This document shows, one piece after another, positions 16,091 through 25,254 of a stretch of DNA of 44,703 nucleotides. Positions within the stretch are counted from its first letter, which is position 1. Every line of letters begins with the position of its first letter. The stretch lies in the IMG/VR virus record IMGVR_UViG_3300038393_001022; one strand, given 5' to 3'. This DNA comes from a virus. The position numbers were made by a program, and so were the translations under genes. A model generated the notes under the pieces. The model had not been told where the DNA came from, did no database searches, and saw only the letters and a program-made list of their open reading frames with translations.

Positions 16091-18631
16091 TTAGGGGTGC
16101 CATTCTACGGCCTCGCCCCATGACGGGCCGACTTCGATCTCTGCCGTCAGGGGGACGGAGAGGTTGACGTTGAACTTTTTGGGTAGGATAACACTAGGGA
16201 CAGCCCACTCGATCGAGTTTTTTACGAGTGTGGCTACCACATCCACAGCGTCTTCGTCTACCTCCAGCGCGATAGCATCGTGGATTAGGCCGATCAGATC
16301 GAACTTCGGCCTAGCGCGTTCCTGATGGTAACGATCAACCTCCCCCGCCGCCAGAACGATAATGTCGTTGGCGAACGACTGGACCTCGAAGTTGGTCCCC
16401 TCTCGGATAGCCTCCTCCCGAATGGCCTCGTCCGGCGACCACACGTTAGGGAGGCGGCGGTAGCGCCCTGTAGCTGACCGGATGTACCCTAGGGTGCTGA
16501 TCGTGTTCCGGCAACGTTGGTGCCACGGGGCGATGCCGCTATACAGCTTGAACCAGCCAGCCCGGTTGGCCTTAGCCTCCTCGTCGGTCAACTTAACACC
16601 ATACTGGAGGTAAGAGAATCGCTTGTACCCACGCCACTGTTGCCCGTAGAGCAGGCCGAAGTTCGACGCCTTGCCACCCTGCCGTTGCTCCTTAGTGATC
16701 GAGCCCTTCGGCGTCCCGGTGATACCCCACACAGTATGCTTGTGAAGGTCTTCGTTACGCCGGATCAGGTCGATCATCGTCATCTCTTGGGCACAGTGGG
16801 CGCCGATACAAAGTTCCATCTGCTTGCCGTCGGCCTCTAAGAACACCCGGCCCGGCGGGGCCCCGAAGATCGAGCGGAGGAGTGCATCCCTAGGGATTTG
16901 CTGGAAGTTGGGCTCCTCGGACGACAGGCGCCCGGTCTTCACGCTCCCTAGGTTGTAGAGCGGGAAGATGCGGGGGACGCCGAACGCCGCCTTAGAGTCC
17001 TGCACGAAACCCTTCCACGCCGTCACGAACTTCAGACGGTCCCTAGCAAGGTTGTACTCTCGTAGGATAGCCGCCAGTTCAGCGGCCTCTTTGACGTTCG
17101 ACTCAGCGGCGATCGTAATGAGCGTCTCCTTGTCGGTGCTGGCGGCGTCGGCCTCGGTCATCTTGATTGGGTCAAGGCCGAACCCCTTCGAGCCGAAGAA
17201 GACCTCTGCCTTCTGCTGAGAACTGTTCCAGTTGACCCCCTCGATCGGCGATAGCGTCTCGAGTTTCCCTAGGGAGTCTTTGATCCGGGCCTCAAGCTGG
17301 ACCCCGGCCTCGTGAAGCTTGTCCTCGTGAACCCACACGCCCTTCTGCTCGATGCGCTCCAGCATCCGGGAGGCTGGCATGATGATGTGGGCCATAACCT
17401 TCGTGAGCCCGGCGTCCTTGAGAATCTCTTCCCTAGTGCGCTCGTACTCCTTCATGTTGTAGTAGATGTCGAGGGCGAGGTAGTAGGCGAGGTCCATAAT
17501 CGGATAGTCCTCGTCATACCGGACGTTCTTGCCGTAGTCTTGAGCGCCATAATGGGCCTTGGCGTGATGCTTCAGGCCGTTGCGGCGGTTCTCGTCAAGG
17601 AGGCAGTTGGCGAGGTAGGGGTCGAAGGTCTGGTACGGCTCAACTCCGGCACGACCCCTAAGCCAACGGTTGTCGTACTTGCCGTTGTAGGGCGCCTTCT
17701 TAAGCTTAGGGTCCTTGAGGATGCGACGGACGAGCGCCGTAACTAGCATAGACCACAGGGAGTTCGTCCCCGCCGGACCCTGCTTGTGCTCCCACGGCAC
17801 GACGAAGATGTGTTTGCCGTCAAAGCCAAAACCGATCATGGTCAGCTTGCCTTGGTGTGGGCGGGCAGGCTTGTCGGCGTCGAAGAATTCGAGTTGCTCC
17901 TTGGTGCGCTCGTCGGAGTTCTCGATGTCGTAGACCATGTAGGTCTCGCACGTCTCATAGGCCTCTTCGAGAATGCTGAGATCATCTGCATCCTCGACGT
18001 AGGTCCACTTTAGGTCACTAGGGGGCTTGTGCTTGCCTTTGATGGCCCCGGCGAAGTACGCCATGTCTTCCGTGAACGCCGCCTCTTCCCCCGGTTTACG
18101 CAGTACGTAGGAAGGGCTGTAGATCGGAAACACCTGAATCGACTCCTGAAGCGAAGCATCCCCTAGCTTCAACTTCAGGGGGTGGAACTCCCCCCGCTTC
18201 TTGGTGATGCCGCCACCGCCACAGAGGGCTTTGAGGGCGGCGTCCCCTAGGGCGAGGATGTACTTGGGCCGGACCCGCTCGATCTCGCCCGCCAGATGGG
18301 TCTTGGCACAGGTCGAAATCTGCTTAGCTGTGGTCTTGCCCTCGTAGCCGGGGTAGCACTTGACGGCCTTGGTCCAGTAGTCAACTTTAACCCCAGCATC
18401 CCTAAGTTTAATCAGCAGAAACTTAACAGCGGGGCTACTCGTTAGAAACGTGGCGTTTGCTTCGTCTTCTCCGTAGGTAGTGACGTCACCTACGACCATA
18501 ATCTCGCCGGACGTAAGCCCGCCACCCATAATCCCCGGATGCTTGCACTTCGCATGAAGTTCACAGGCCGTACACGACACGATCTCACCCCCTGCGTTTG
18601 TCAGTCTACCAGTCCTTGTCAGGCTTGTCAA
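16091..18631 (-). CDS. Family-A DNA polymerase with 3'-5' exonuclease and an N-terminal family-4 UDG-like domain
   Basis: Exo I MVYDIENSD. Motif A LEADGKQMEL. Motif B RQGGKASNFGLLYG. Motif C LIHDAIALEV. The N-terminus has CTACELHAKC...VVGDVTTYGEDE...IYSPSYVLRK. An alternative start is the GTG at 18580, after GGGGGTGAG. Confidence 0.85.
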   Translation of the reverse strand: MTSLTRTGRLTNAGGEIVSCTACELHAKCKHPGIMGGGLTSGEIMVVGDVTTYGEDEANATFLTSSPAVKFLLIKLRDAGVKVDYWTKAVKCYPGYEGKTTAKQISTCAKTHLAGEIERVRPKYILALGDAALKALCGGGGITKKRGEFHPLKLKLGDASLQESIQVFPIYSPSYVLRKPGEEAAFTEDMAYFAGAIKGKHKPPSDLKWTYVEDADDLSILEEAYETCETYMVYDIENSDERTKEQLEFFDADKPARPHQGKLTMIGFGFDGKHIFVVPWEHKQGPAGTNSLWSMLVTALVRRILKDPKLKKAPYNGKYDNRWLRGRAGVEPYQTFDPYLANCLLDENRRNGLKHHAKAHYGAQDYGKNVRYDEDYPIMDLAYYLALDIYYNMKEYERTREEILKDAGLTKVMAHIIMPASRMLERIEQKGVWVHEDKLHEAGVQLEARIKDSLGKLETLSPIEGVNWNSSQQKAEVFFGSKGFGLDPIKMTEADAASTDKETLITIAAESNVKEAAELAAILREYNLARDRLKFVTAWKGFVQDSKAAFGVPRIFPLYNLGSVKTGRLSSEEPNFQQIPRDALLRSIFGAPPGRVFLEADGKQMELCIGAHCAQEMTMIDLIRRNEDLHKHTVWGITGTPKGSITKEQRQGGKASNFGLLYGQQWRGYKRFSYLQYGVKLTDEEAKANRAGWFKLYSGIAPWHQRCRNTISTLGYIRSATGRYRRLPNVWSPDEAIREEAIREGTNFEVQSFANDIIVLAAGEVDRYHQERARPKFDLIGLIHDAIALEVDEDAVDVVATLVKNSIEWAVPSVILPKKFNVNLSVPLTAEIEVGPSWGEAVEWHP

Positions 18632-18634
18632 GCA

Positions 18635-20035
18635 CTACAAGGGCTTGAGAATCTCCCGGTACTTGTCGGCCACCTTGGAACTGATCTCCTGATCGTTCCG
18701 CAGGGTCTCGTAGATGTGCTCGTCTACGGACCCCTTGACCGTCAGGTAGTAGTACGTCACCCCGGCGGCCTTCTGGTTGCGGCCCATGATCCGGTCCTTG
18801 ATCTGGTTGAAGTCGTCTAGGGAGAAGTCCACCGAGTAGAAGACCATCACTCGAGCGGCTGAGAGGTCGATCCCTGTGGAAATGGCCTTTTCCTGACCGA
18901 TTAGGACGGGCAGGCGCCCAGCTTTGAAGTCTCCGATCAGGAGTTCCCGGCCTCCAGCCGACACCGAGCCGTCGATATACGACGCCAAGCAGGTCTTAGC
19001 CAGAGCCTGCTGGATCGCGTAAATCTCCGGGGTAAACCGACAGACCACAATCACTTGCTCGTCGGCTTCAAGATGAGTATTCACGATGTCCTCTAGGGCT
19101 ACCAGCTTCGCCCGGCTCACCTGCTCTATGGTCCTGTCCTCCCTAGTGACGAAACCCCCGGCGATCTGCTGGAGCCGCATCAACCGGGTCAGGACATGGG
19201 GCGCCATCACTAGGGAGCCGTCGTCGAGTTCAGCCACAGACTCCTGTGCTAGGGTGTTGTAGACCTTCCGGGCCTTGGGCTCCAGTTCGACCGGAATCGT
19301 GATGTGCTCGACCTCAGGCTCCCGGATGTCAGTGTCCTTACGCAGGACCCGCATGGACCACGGCGCCAACGCCTCACTGATCTCGTCTTCGTTCTTGTAC
19401 CCTAGGAGAGCCTTAGAGTACGGGTTTCTGATCTCATACCGCTCCCTGAACGGCGTGACTTTAGTCCAGATGTCGGCGATGAACCGCCCTAGGCCGAAGG
19501 CGTCTGTGGGCCGCTTAGGGATCGGCGTCCCGGTCAGGGCGAGTCGATCTGTGGCCTTCTTCGCCAGCCGCCACATCGCTTTCGACCGCTGGGAGGTAGC
19601 GCCCCTAAGCAGATGTGCCTCGTCAGCTATGATGATCTCTGGTTTAAACAGTTTGGCTAGGTTCTTTTCGTCATTCACAATTGCCTGATACCCACCTACA
19701 TAGACCACTAAGGTCGTACCGGGGTGTTCGGTAAAGTTGCTATAGACAGTCCCGGCCTCTCCTACATAGTGGATCGTTATGTTGATCCACTTAGGGAGGT
19801 ACTCCTTGATCTGCTCCACCCACACCGGGCGCACGGTCTTCGGGCACCCGATCAGCACCCGCCGGACCCCACGGAACAGGTAGCTGAACCCGATGTAGTC
19901 GATCGCCACCCGCGTCTTTCCTACCCTCTGCTGGAAGAAAACCCCGAAGCGACGCTTCTTCAGCGCCCGCTTCAGGGCTTCCAGTTGGTAGGGAGCAGGT
20001 AGCGGCTCGACGAAGTGGTACTTCTTCGTCGCCAC
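18635..20035 (-). CDS. SNF2-family (DEAD/DEAH-like) helicase, 466 aa
   Basis: Motif I QQRVGKTRVA. Motif II IIIADEAHLL. C-terminal motifs STGIDL...QIKDRIMGRNQ. Confidence 0.8.
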   Translation of the reverse strand: MATKKYHFVEPLPAPYQLEALKRALKKRRFGVFFQQRVGKTRVAIDYIGFSYLFRGVRRVLIGCPKTVRPVWVEQIKEYLPKWINITIHYVGEAGTVYSNFTEHPGTTLVVYVGGYQAIVNDEKNLAKLFKPEIIIADEAHLLRGATSQRSKAMWRLAKKATDRLALTGTPIPKRPTDAFGLGRFIADIWTKVTPFRERYEIRNPYSKALLGYKNEDEISEALAPWSMRVLRKDTDIREPEVEHITIPVELEPKARKVYNTLAQESVAELDDGSLVMAPHVLTRLMRLQQIAGGFVTREDRTIEQVSRAKLVALEDIVNTHLEADEQVIVVCRFTPEIYAIQQALAKTCLASYIDGSVSAGGRELLIGDFKAGRLPVLIGQEKAISTGIDLSAARVMVFYSVDFSLDDFNQIKDRIMGRNQKAAGVTYYYLTVKGSVDEHIYETLRNDQEISSKVADKYREILKPL

Positions 20036-20041
20036 TAGTGA

Positions 20042-20293
20042 TTACCCCCTAAGATGACCTCGGGCATGGCTGACGAACTCAACCGAGCCGTCGCCGGGAG
20101 CCACTTCGACCGGGCTGGTCTTCTGGGTAAAGTCCATCGCGTCGAGAACCTGACCCGCCACCCATTTCTGCCGGGCCATCATGTTACCGATGCCGACCCG
20201 ACCGCAGTTCTGGGCGGCGGCCCACGTATCCTCGATCAGCGCCTTCAGGTACTCAGCCGGAACCGTAACCATCGGCTCAATCTTCCCGTTCAT
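20042..20293 (-). CDS. Hypothetical protein, 83 aa
   Basis: ORF packed between the primase-helicase and the SNF2 helicase. Its start overlaps the upstream stop. Confidence 0.5.
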   Translation of the reverse strand: MNGKIEPMVTVPAEYLKALIEDTWAAAQNCGRVGIGNMMARQKWVAGQVLDAMDFTQKTSPVEVAPGDGSVEFVSHARGHLRG

Positions 20294-22263
20294 CAGGCAC
20301 CCTCCTCTTTCTTCTCAGCCAACTCATAGACGCGCTGACCGTTGGACTTACGCCATCGGATCACGCCTTCGAGTTCGTACTCCTTAAGCCACACCGTCAA
20401 TTTCGCTCGGTCTACCCGGACAGCGGCCCGGAGATCATCCTTGGTCATCGGCTTGGACGCCAAGACCGCGAGAACTTCCTCCTTCTTCGCCGCCAACCCT
20501 AGGGAGCCCGACCCACCATCATCGAGTACCTCAGGGTCGTACTCGATGTCGATGTTATACCGGAGGCTGAGGTCTCGCTGTGGTGCCATCGACCGGAACT
20601 CGCGCCCTAAGGTAACTTCGCCGGGGGCGCCTGCCAGCGAGAGGTACAGGCCTGTCTCGATCCAGCCGTGGAAGGCCGATGAACCACGGATGTTCTGCCC
20701 GCCACGGGTCGAGTTCTGGGCCTTCTTGTAGTGGTGAACGAGGACAGTAAAGACCCCGTAGACGTTGCGAAGCTTAGTTAGCCACCGCAGGACCCGGTTG
20801 ACCTCTGGGGCTGAGTTCTCGTCGGTGTCGCCCATCATCATGTACAGAGGGTCCAGTACCATAAGGAGCGGGCGGTACTTAGCGACAGCGGCCTCGATGG
20901 TGTTCTGACAATCCATGTCCGTCAGATCCATGCCAGCGTTGTTGCTGAAGTAGATTTCGATGTCATCCGGTAGGTACTCGTCGGCGGCCTCAAGGAGGTG
21001 CTTTTGCATCGCCACCTTAAAGAGGCGGTCCTGCACGGTGTTCTCACCGTTCTCCTCTTGGATCATCAGGACTGGACCCCGAACCCGCACCGGGAACACC
21101 CCTAGGAAGGGCGTACCTGATGCCACAGAGACAGCGAGGTCCATTGTCGTCACCGACTTGTAGGTCTTGGGCTCACCAGCCACCATGCCGTAGCCTTCCT
21201 GCCAGATGCCCTCGACGAGCCACTGAGGCGGTTTAATCGCCTTCGAGAGGAACTTGTCGTAGGGTGTCAGCCAGTCAGCCGCAGGCTTATCAGCTTCGGT
21301 CACTAGGGTAACGCCGTCGCCGCTCCCAGCCTTGTGGATGGGGAGCGTCGGCTTCGTGGCCTTGACCTTCTCCTCGGCCTTGAGCATCTCCCGGATGATC
21401 TGGGACTCACCGCCATCGTGCCGATCGCGGAACTTGTTCCACGCCGACAGCGCCACGAGCCGAGCGGCAAGGTGGATCGGGCACCCGTCCTCCACTAGGG
21501 TAGTCTCGAGTTCCCACAGGCGCTCCGAGCGAGTTCCCTTCTCGACCGCCTCAGGGTGGACGAGGAGCAACTCCTTTGCTCTGGGACTAACCTTCTGCGT
21601 CAGGAGGATACGGCGAATCTCGTCGAGCCGCTCGTCAGCGTCAGCGGTCAGCGGGACCTCTACCTTAGCCTCACTCACTAGGGGGTGAAGGGTAAGGACC
21701 GCCTTGAGATCAGCCGCCGGGCCATCCTTCCACAGGAGACGCCCCTCTTGGGCCGGGCTGTACTTGCGGTTCAGCAAGCCGGGCACCCGGAGAACCTGCG
21801 TCACATCCCAGCCGGACCTGTCGGCCCCTAGGGAGTAGGCGAGGGCTTTATTGGCGGCCTCAGCCTGCTCTGTGGGTGATTCCTCGTCGAGACACCATAA
21901 GGCCTGTCGGCTGTTGTCGGACGAAGCCCATGCGATGGTTGGTCTGGGACTAATGGTATCTGGCGCCGGAACGTCGTCGGCCCACAACCACCCTAGGGTT
22001 TTGGGCGCCGTGGTCTTGTGCCTACGGGGCCCGTCGAAGACGATCGGGCAGAAGTAGACTTCGTACCCTGCGTCGGCTGATTTGGTGACTCGGGCCCAGA
22101 TGGCTTCTTTCTCCTCAGGCCACTTAAAGGCCCGACCATCCTCCCAATCACCTTCGGGCTTTCCCTTAGCGTTCTTGCCCGTAATCAGCCACCTAGGGAC
22201 GAAGACATACCCCTTCCGGTCGCCCCATACCATCTGCAAGACGGTCAGGTGCGGCTTCGGCAC
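20293..22263 (-). CDS. Bifunctional AEP primase-polymerase / RecA-fold (RepA/DnaB-like) helicase with a C-terminal winged helix, 656 aa
   Basis: AEP motif LRVPGLLNRK. Walker A GEPKTYKS. Walker B LLMVLDPL. GTG start after GGAGGGA. Confidence 0.75.
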   Translation of the reverse strand: MPKPHLTVLQMVWGDRKGYVFVPRWLITGKNAKGKPEGDWEDGRAFKWPEEKEAIWARVTKSADAGYEVYFCPIVFDGPRRHKTTAPKTLGWLWADDVPAPDTISPRPTIAWASSDNSRQALWCLDEESPTEQAEAANKALAYSLGADRSGWDVTQVLRVPGLLNRKYSPAQEGRLLWKDGPAADLKAVLTLHPLVSEAKVEVPLTADADERLDEIRRILLTQKVSPRAKELLLVHPEAVEKGTRSERLWELETTLVEDGCPIHLAARLVALSAWNKFRDRHDGGESQIIREMLKAEEKVKATKPTLPIHKAGSGDGVTLVTEADKPAADWLTPYDKFLSKAIKPPQWLVEGIWQEGYGMVAGEPKTYKSVTTMDLAVSVASGTPFLGVFPVRVRGPVLMIQEENGENTVQDRLFKVAMQKHLLEAADEYLPDDIEIYFSNNAGMDLTDMDCQNTIEAAVAKYRPLLMVLDPLYMMMGDTDENSAPEVNRVLRWLTKLRNVYGVFTVLVHHYKKAQNSTRGGQNIRGSSAFHGWIETGLYLSLAGAPGEVTLGREFRSMAPQRDLSLRYNIDIEYDPEVLDDGGSGSLGLAAKKEEVLAVLASKPMTKDDLRAAVRVDRAKLTVWLKEYELEGVIRWRKSNGQRVYELAEKKEEGA

Positions 22264-22277
22264 GGGGTATGTCCCTC

Positions 22278-22463
22278 CTACTCGGGCGTATAGGCGCCCT
22301 TAGACGCGAGGTCGTTCTTAACCAACTCGTTAAAGTAGTCAGCCATCGTCATGCCCTTGGTCTTCAGGTAGTCCCCTAGGGCTTCCTTAACGTTGGGTTC
22401 GAGCCGGACGTTTGTCCCCTCGCGTTCGCTGTAACCGCCCGGATTCTTGATCGGACCTGCCAT
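22278..22463 (-). CDS. Ribbon-helix-helix (CopG/Arc-like) DNA-binding protein, 61 aa
   Basis: AGGAGGAA precedes the ATG. NVRLEPNVKEALGDYLKTKGMTMADYFNELV fits a beta-strand plus two helices. Confidence 0.5.
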   Translation of the reverse strand: MAGPIKNPGGYSEREGTNVRLEPNVKEALGDYLKTKGMTMADYFNELVKNDLASKGAYTPE

Positions 22464-22474
22464 CGTGATTCCTC

Positions 22475-22792
22475 CTAGCCTGTGTCGGTACTTGCCTTGG
22501 TAACGGCCCCTATTAGTGCCTTTCGGAACGACGTAATGCCTGTCCCGTTGACATAAACAATAGTGGACCTGTCACCGTTTAATAGGCGTAGAATACGATT
22601 GTAAGCCTTATGCGACATAACCCCTGTGATAAACACGACGTAATCGCCCGACACAGCGGTTATTCGGGCGGCGTCTTCGGGGAGAAGAAACACGATCTCG
22701 CCCCCTAGGGACTCCACTACGGCTTTGTAGTCTGGGGCTCTCTTGCCAATTCCACTTATCACGACTAGACGCTTGCCACTCAATAAGCCCAT
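22475..22792 (-). CDS. DUF2325-like small protein (~105 aa; track ORF trimmed to the ATG at 22792)
   Basis: AGGGGGTGAG precedes the ATG. The pattern VVFITGVMSHKAYNRILRLL...IVYVNGTGITSFRKAL resembles the DUF2325 core. This rests on recall only. Confidence 0.4.
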   Translation of the reverse strand: MGLLSGKRLVVISGIGKRAPDYKAVVESLGGEIVFLLPEDAARITAVSGDYVVFITGVMSHKAYNRILRLLNGDRSTIVYVNGTGITSFRKALIGAVTKASTDTG

Positions 22793-22897
22793 CCGTCTCA
22801 CCCCCTCTGGCGAACGGTGGATGCTCCCACCGTATCACGGTATGACGCACGTTGTCAACACCATTTCGACGACCGAAACGGAACAAGGGGCAGGGTA

Positions 22898-25249
22898 TTA
22901 CCCCTGCCCCTGCCTAAGAAGCTTGGCGATGAACCGATGGACAGCGGCAGGGACCTGCTCTAGGCCAGTTACCTCACCTATAGCCGCCATCGCCTTTATG
23001 GGAACGTAATCAGCCCCGTAGTACGTGGCGGCCTCCTCATGAACGTGGTCAGCGTTGTTAATCAAAAGGGGCAGGAACGGGCAGACCTTACGGGCCTGCT
23101 TGACCGCCTTAGCGAGGTCCATCAAAACCTCACGGTCAGGCGACGAATAGCTACTCTTTCCACCAACGTTGTCAAGGCCTGTGGAGTAGTTCGACGGCAT
23201 TCCGTCGGAAACCCACACGAGAAGCTTGTGATCGGCCTGCACGCCCTTGATTAACTCTGTGGCAACCCCTAGGGCGTGCCCATCTCGGTTATCCATGTTG
23301 GGCTCGTAGCCGTTGACCTTAAAGATCGGGTCGGCGTTCGACATAATCAACGGCTTAATCAGTAGAGCACCGCTATTCAGCCAAGAGAACAGCCGGACGT
23401 TTACGCCACAGGCCCTGAGGGCTGAGACGAGAACCCATGCCATCCCTCGTACTTGGTCTTTCCGACCCCCGTTCGAACCGGAGGCATCGAGCCAGATGTC
23501 AATGTGCCAGTTCCCTAAGGCCTTTTCCTCCTTGCGGAGCATTACGTCGGGCCGCTGAAGGTGTGTGGCCTGCCACACCTTAGATGCCGCCACCTTGTAG
23601 CCGCTCTTGTGGCGGTACGTGTCGGCCTCCCTTGCCCGGCGGAACTCCTCGGCCAGCTTCGACGTCAACTGTGACCGTAGGGCGGCGAGAATCGGGAACC
23701 TCTTCTCGTTCACCGCACCGGGTAGGGATGTGTTCTTGTCGTAGAACGACATCATCCCTGTGTGCATCCCTACGGATACCACTCGGTCAGCGTCGATCAA
23801 TTCCTTAGGGCGGGTAAACCGTGGTGGCTTATAAGTCGCCTCCCACCCCTTGATGTGCTTCTCCATCGCCTTGTCGAGAACCTCAAGAACCTCAGCCGCC
23901 CGCTCGATCGCCTTTTTAACCGTCGCCCCAAGAAGCTTCGTCATGCTGTGCTCGCCGCTGTCGGCCTCGGAACTCTCGGCAACGGCCCGCTCGATGGCGG
24001 CCTCAGCCTCGCCGTCGCATTCATCGCCGTCGCCACCCGTCCCTAGGGACGGCTCACCGGATTCGTCGCCACTGTCATCAGCGCCGTCATCAGGTCCGTC
24101 AGACGGTTCTCCACCCATATCGTCGCCCTCGTCATCGTCGTCAGCGTCACCCTCAGAAGCATCGTCATCCCCGTCAGCGCCGCCAGAGCGATCATGGTCA
24201 CGACCACCAGAGGCGTCGTCACGATCATCGCCGTCTCCTTCAGAAGCACCTTCGTCGCCGCCTTCTTCGTCGGCGTCATCAGGTTCAACATCGTCAGCAT
24301 GAGCGCCGCCAGCGTCCCTAGTATCACCAAGGTTATCTCCAAGATCGACGTCATTATCATCGTCCTCCCTAGGGGGTTGCTTCGAAGAAGGCTTCGACTC
24401 CGGCTCGTCGGTAATTTCGACGTTGACCGTCTCACCCTCGCCGCTTCCGTCGTCCTCTTGGAGTTCGCCATTCTCTAGCGCCTCTTCGAGTTCCTCCCGA
24501 GTCATCTTCTTGGTCTCGCCCTTGCCGTCGCCGGACCCCGAGCCCTCGGACTTCGGCGCCGGATTGAACCCGAAAGCCTTGCGAAAGGCCCGGTGCCCAA
24601 TCTTGAGGGCCGACACACAGTCCGGCGCGTCCTTGGCCTTGAGGAGGTTAGCGGCAAGGTGTTGAGCCGTAGCCTTCTCGGCGGGGGTGAGGTAGCCCCT
24701 CCACTCGGCCCGGCCCTCCCTAGTGATGTCAACCCCAGCGAGGGCTAGACCAGCCGCCACACGCATAATGTCCATCTGACGGTCTACGCCGCCGGAGTGC
24801 TTGTAGTGATTGGTTACGAGATGCCGAGCCGATCGATTGTTCATCTCCTCATAGCCGGGCCGAACCTTCGCCATAACCGCATCCACACGGAGGTCCTCAG
24901 CGACGTCAAGGCAGGCGTACACGAGGTCCTTGCGCTCCCGCTTGTCCTTGACCAGCTTATCCATGTACTTCCCTAGGGCGTCGGTCTTCGACTTGGCGAA
25001 GATGTGGGCGCCCTCATGGACCGTTGTCACAACGGCGCTGTCGATCGCGTCCTCCTCGCTGAAGCCCGCCGCCATCAGTACACTAGGGTCGCCGACGGTG
25101 ATGTTCTTCACGGCGTCGGTGTGGCCGCCCGCCTTCTTGTCCGTAACCTTGAGCCGGACGTCAACGTTGTCCGAGACCGTCTTCGCCAGCGAGGAGAGCC
25201 GTTCACGTAGAACGGCCCTCTTGGCATAAATCTCTTGGATGTTGGACAT
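22898..25249 (-). CDS. vWA-domain protein with an N-terminal HExxH metallopeptidase-like domain and a ~190-aa poly-acidic linker (CobT / DUF2201-like), 783 aa
   Basis: HEGAH at about 24998-25030. MIDAS DASGS in DIWLDASGSNGG at about 23466-23500. D/E/G/S-rich tract at about 23930-24515. It is directly downstream of the AAA+ gene. Confidence 0.7.
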   Translation of the reverse strand: MSNIQEIYAKRAVLRERLSSLAKTVSDNVDVRLKVTDKKAGGHTDAVKNITVGDPSVLMAAGFSEEDAIDSAVVTTVHEGAHIFAKSKTDALGKYMDKLVKDKRERKDLVYACLDVAEDLRVDAVMAKVRPGYEEMNNRSARHLVTNHYKHSGGVDRQMDIMRVAAGLALAGVDITREGRAEWRGYLTPAEKATAQHLAANLLKAKDAPDCVSALKIGHRAFRKAFGFNPAPKSEGSGSGDGKGETKKMTREELEEALENGELQEDDGSGEGETVNVEITDEPESKPSSKQPPREDDDNDVDLGDNLGDTRDAGGAHADDVEPDDADEEGGDEGASEGDGDDRDDASGGRDHDRSGGADGDDDASEGDADDDDEGDDMGGEPSDGPDDGADDSGDESGEPSLGTGGDGDECDGEAEAAIERAVAESSEADSGEHSMTKLLGATVKKAIERAAEVLEVLDKAMEKHIKGWEATYKPPRFTRPKELIDADRVVSVGMHTGMMSFYDKNTSLPGAVNEKRFPILAALRSQLTSKLAEEFRRAREADTYRHKSGYKVAASKVWQATHLQRPDVMLRKEEKALGNWHIDIWLDASGSNGGRKDQVRGMAWVLVSALRACGVNVRLFSWLNSGALLIKPLIMSNADPIFKVNGYEPNMDNRDGHALGVATELIKGVQADHKLLVWVSDGMPSNYSTGLDNVGGKSSYSSPDREVLMDLAKAVKQARKVCPFLPLLINNADHVHEEAATYYGADYVPIKAMAAIGEVTGLEQVPAAVHRFIAKLLRQGQG

Positions 25250-25254
25250 GTTAG

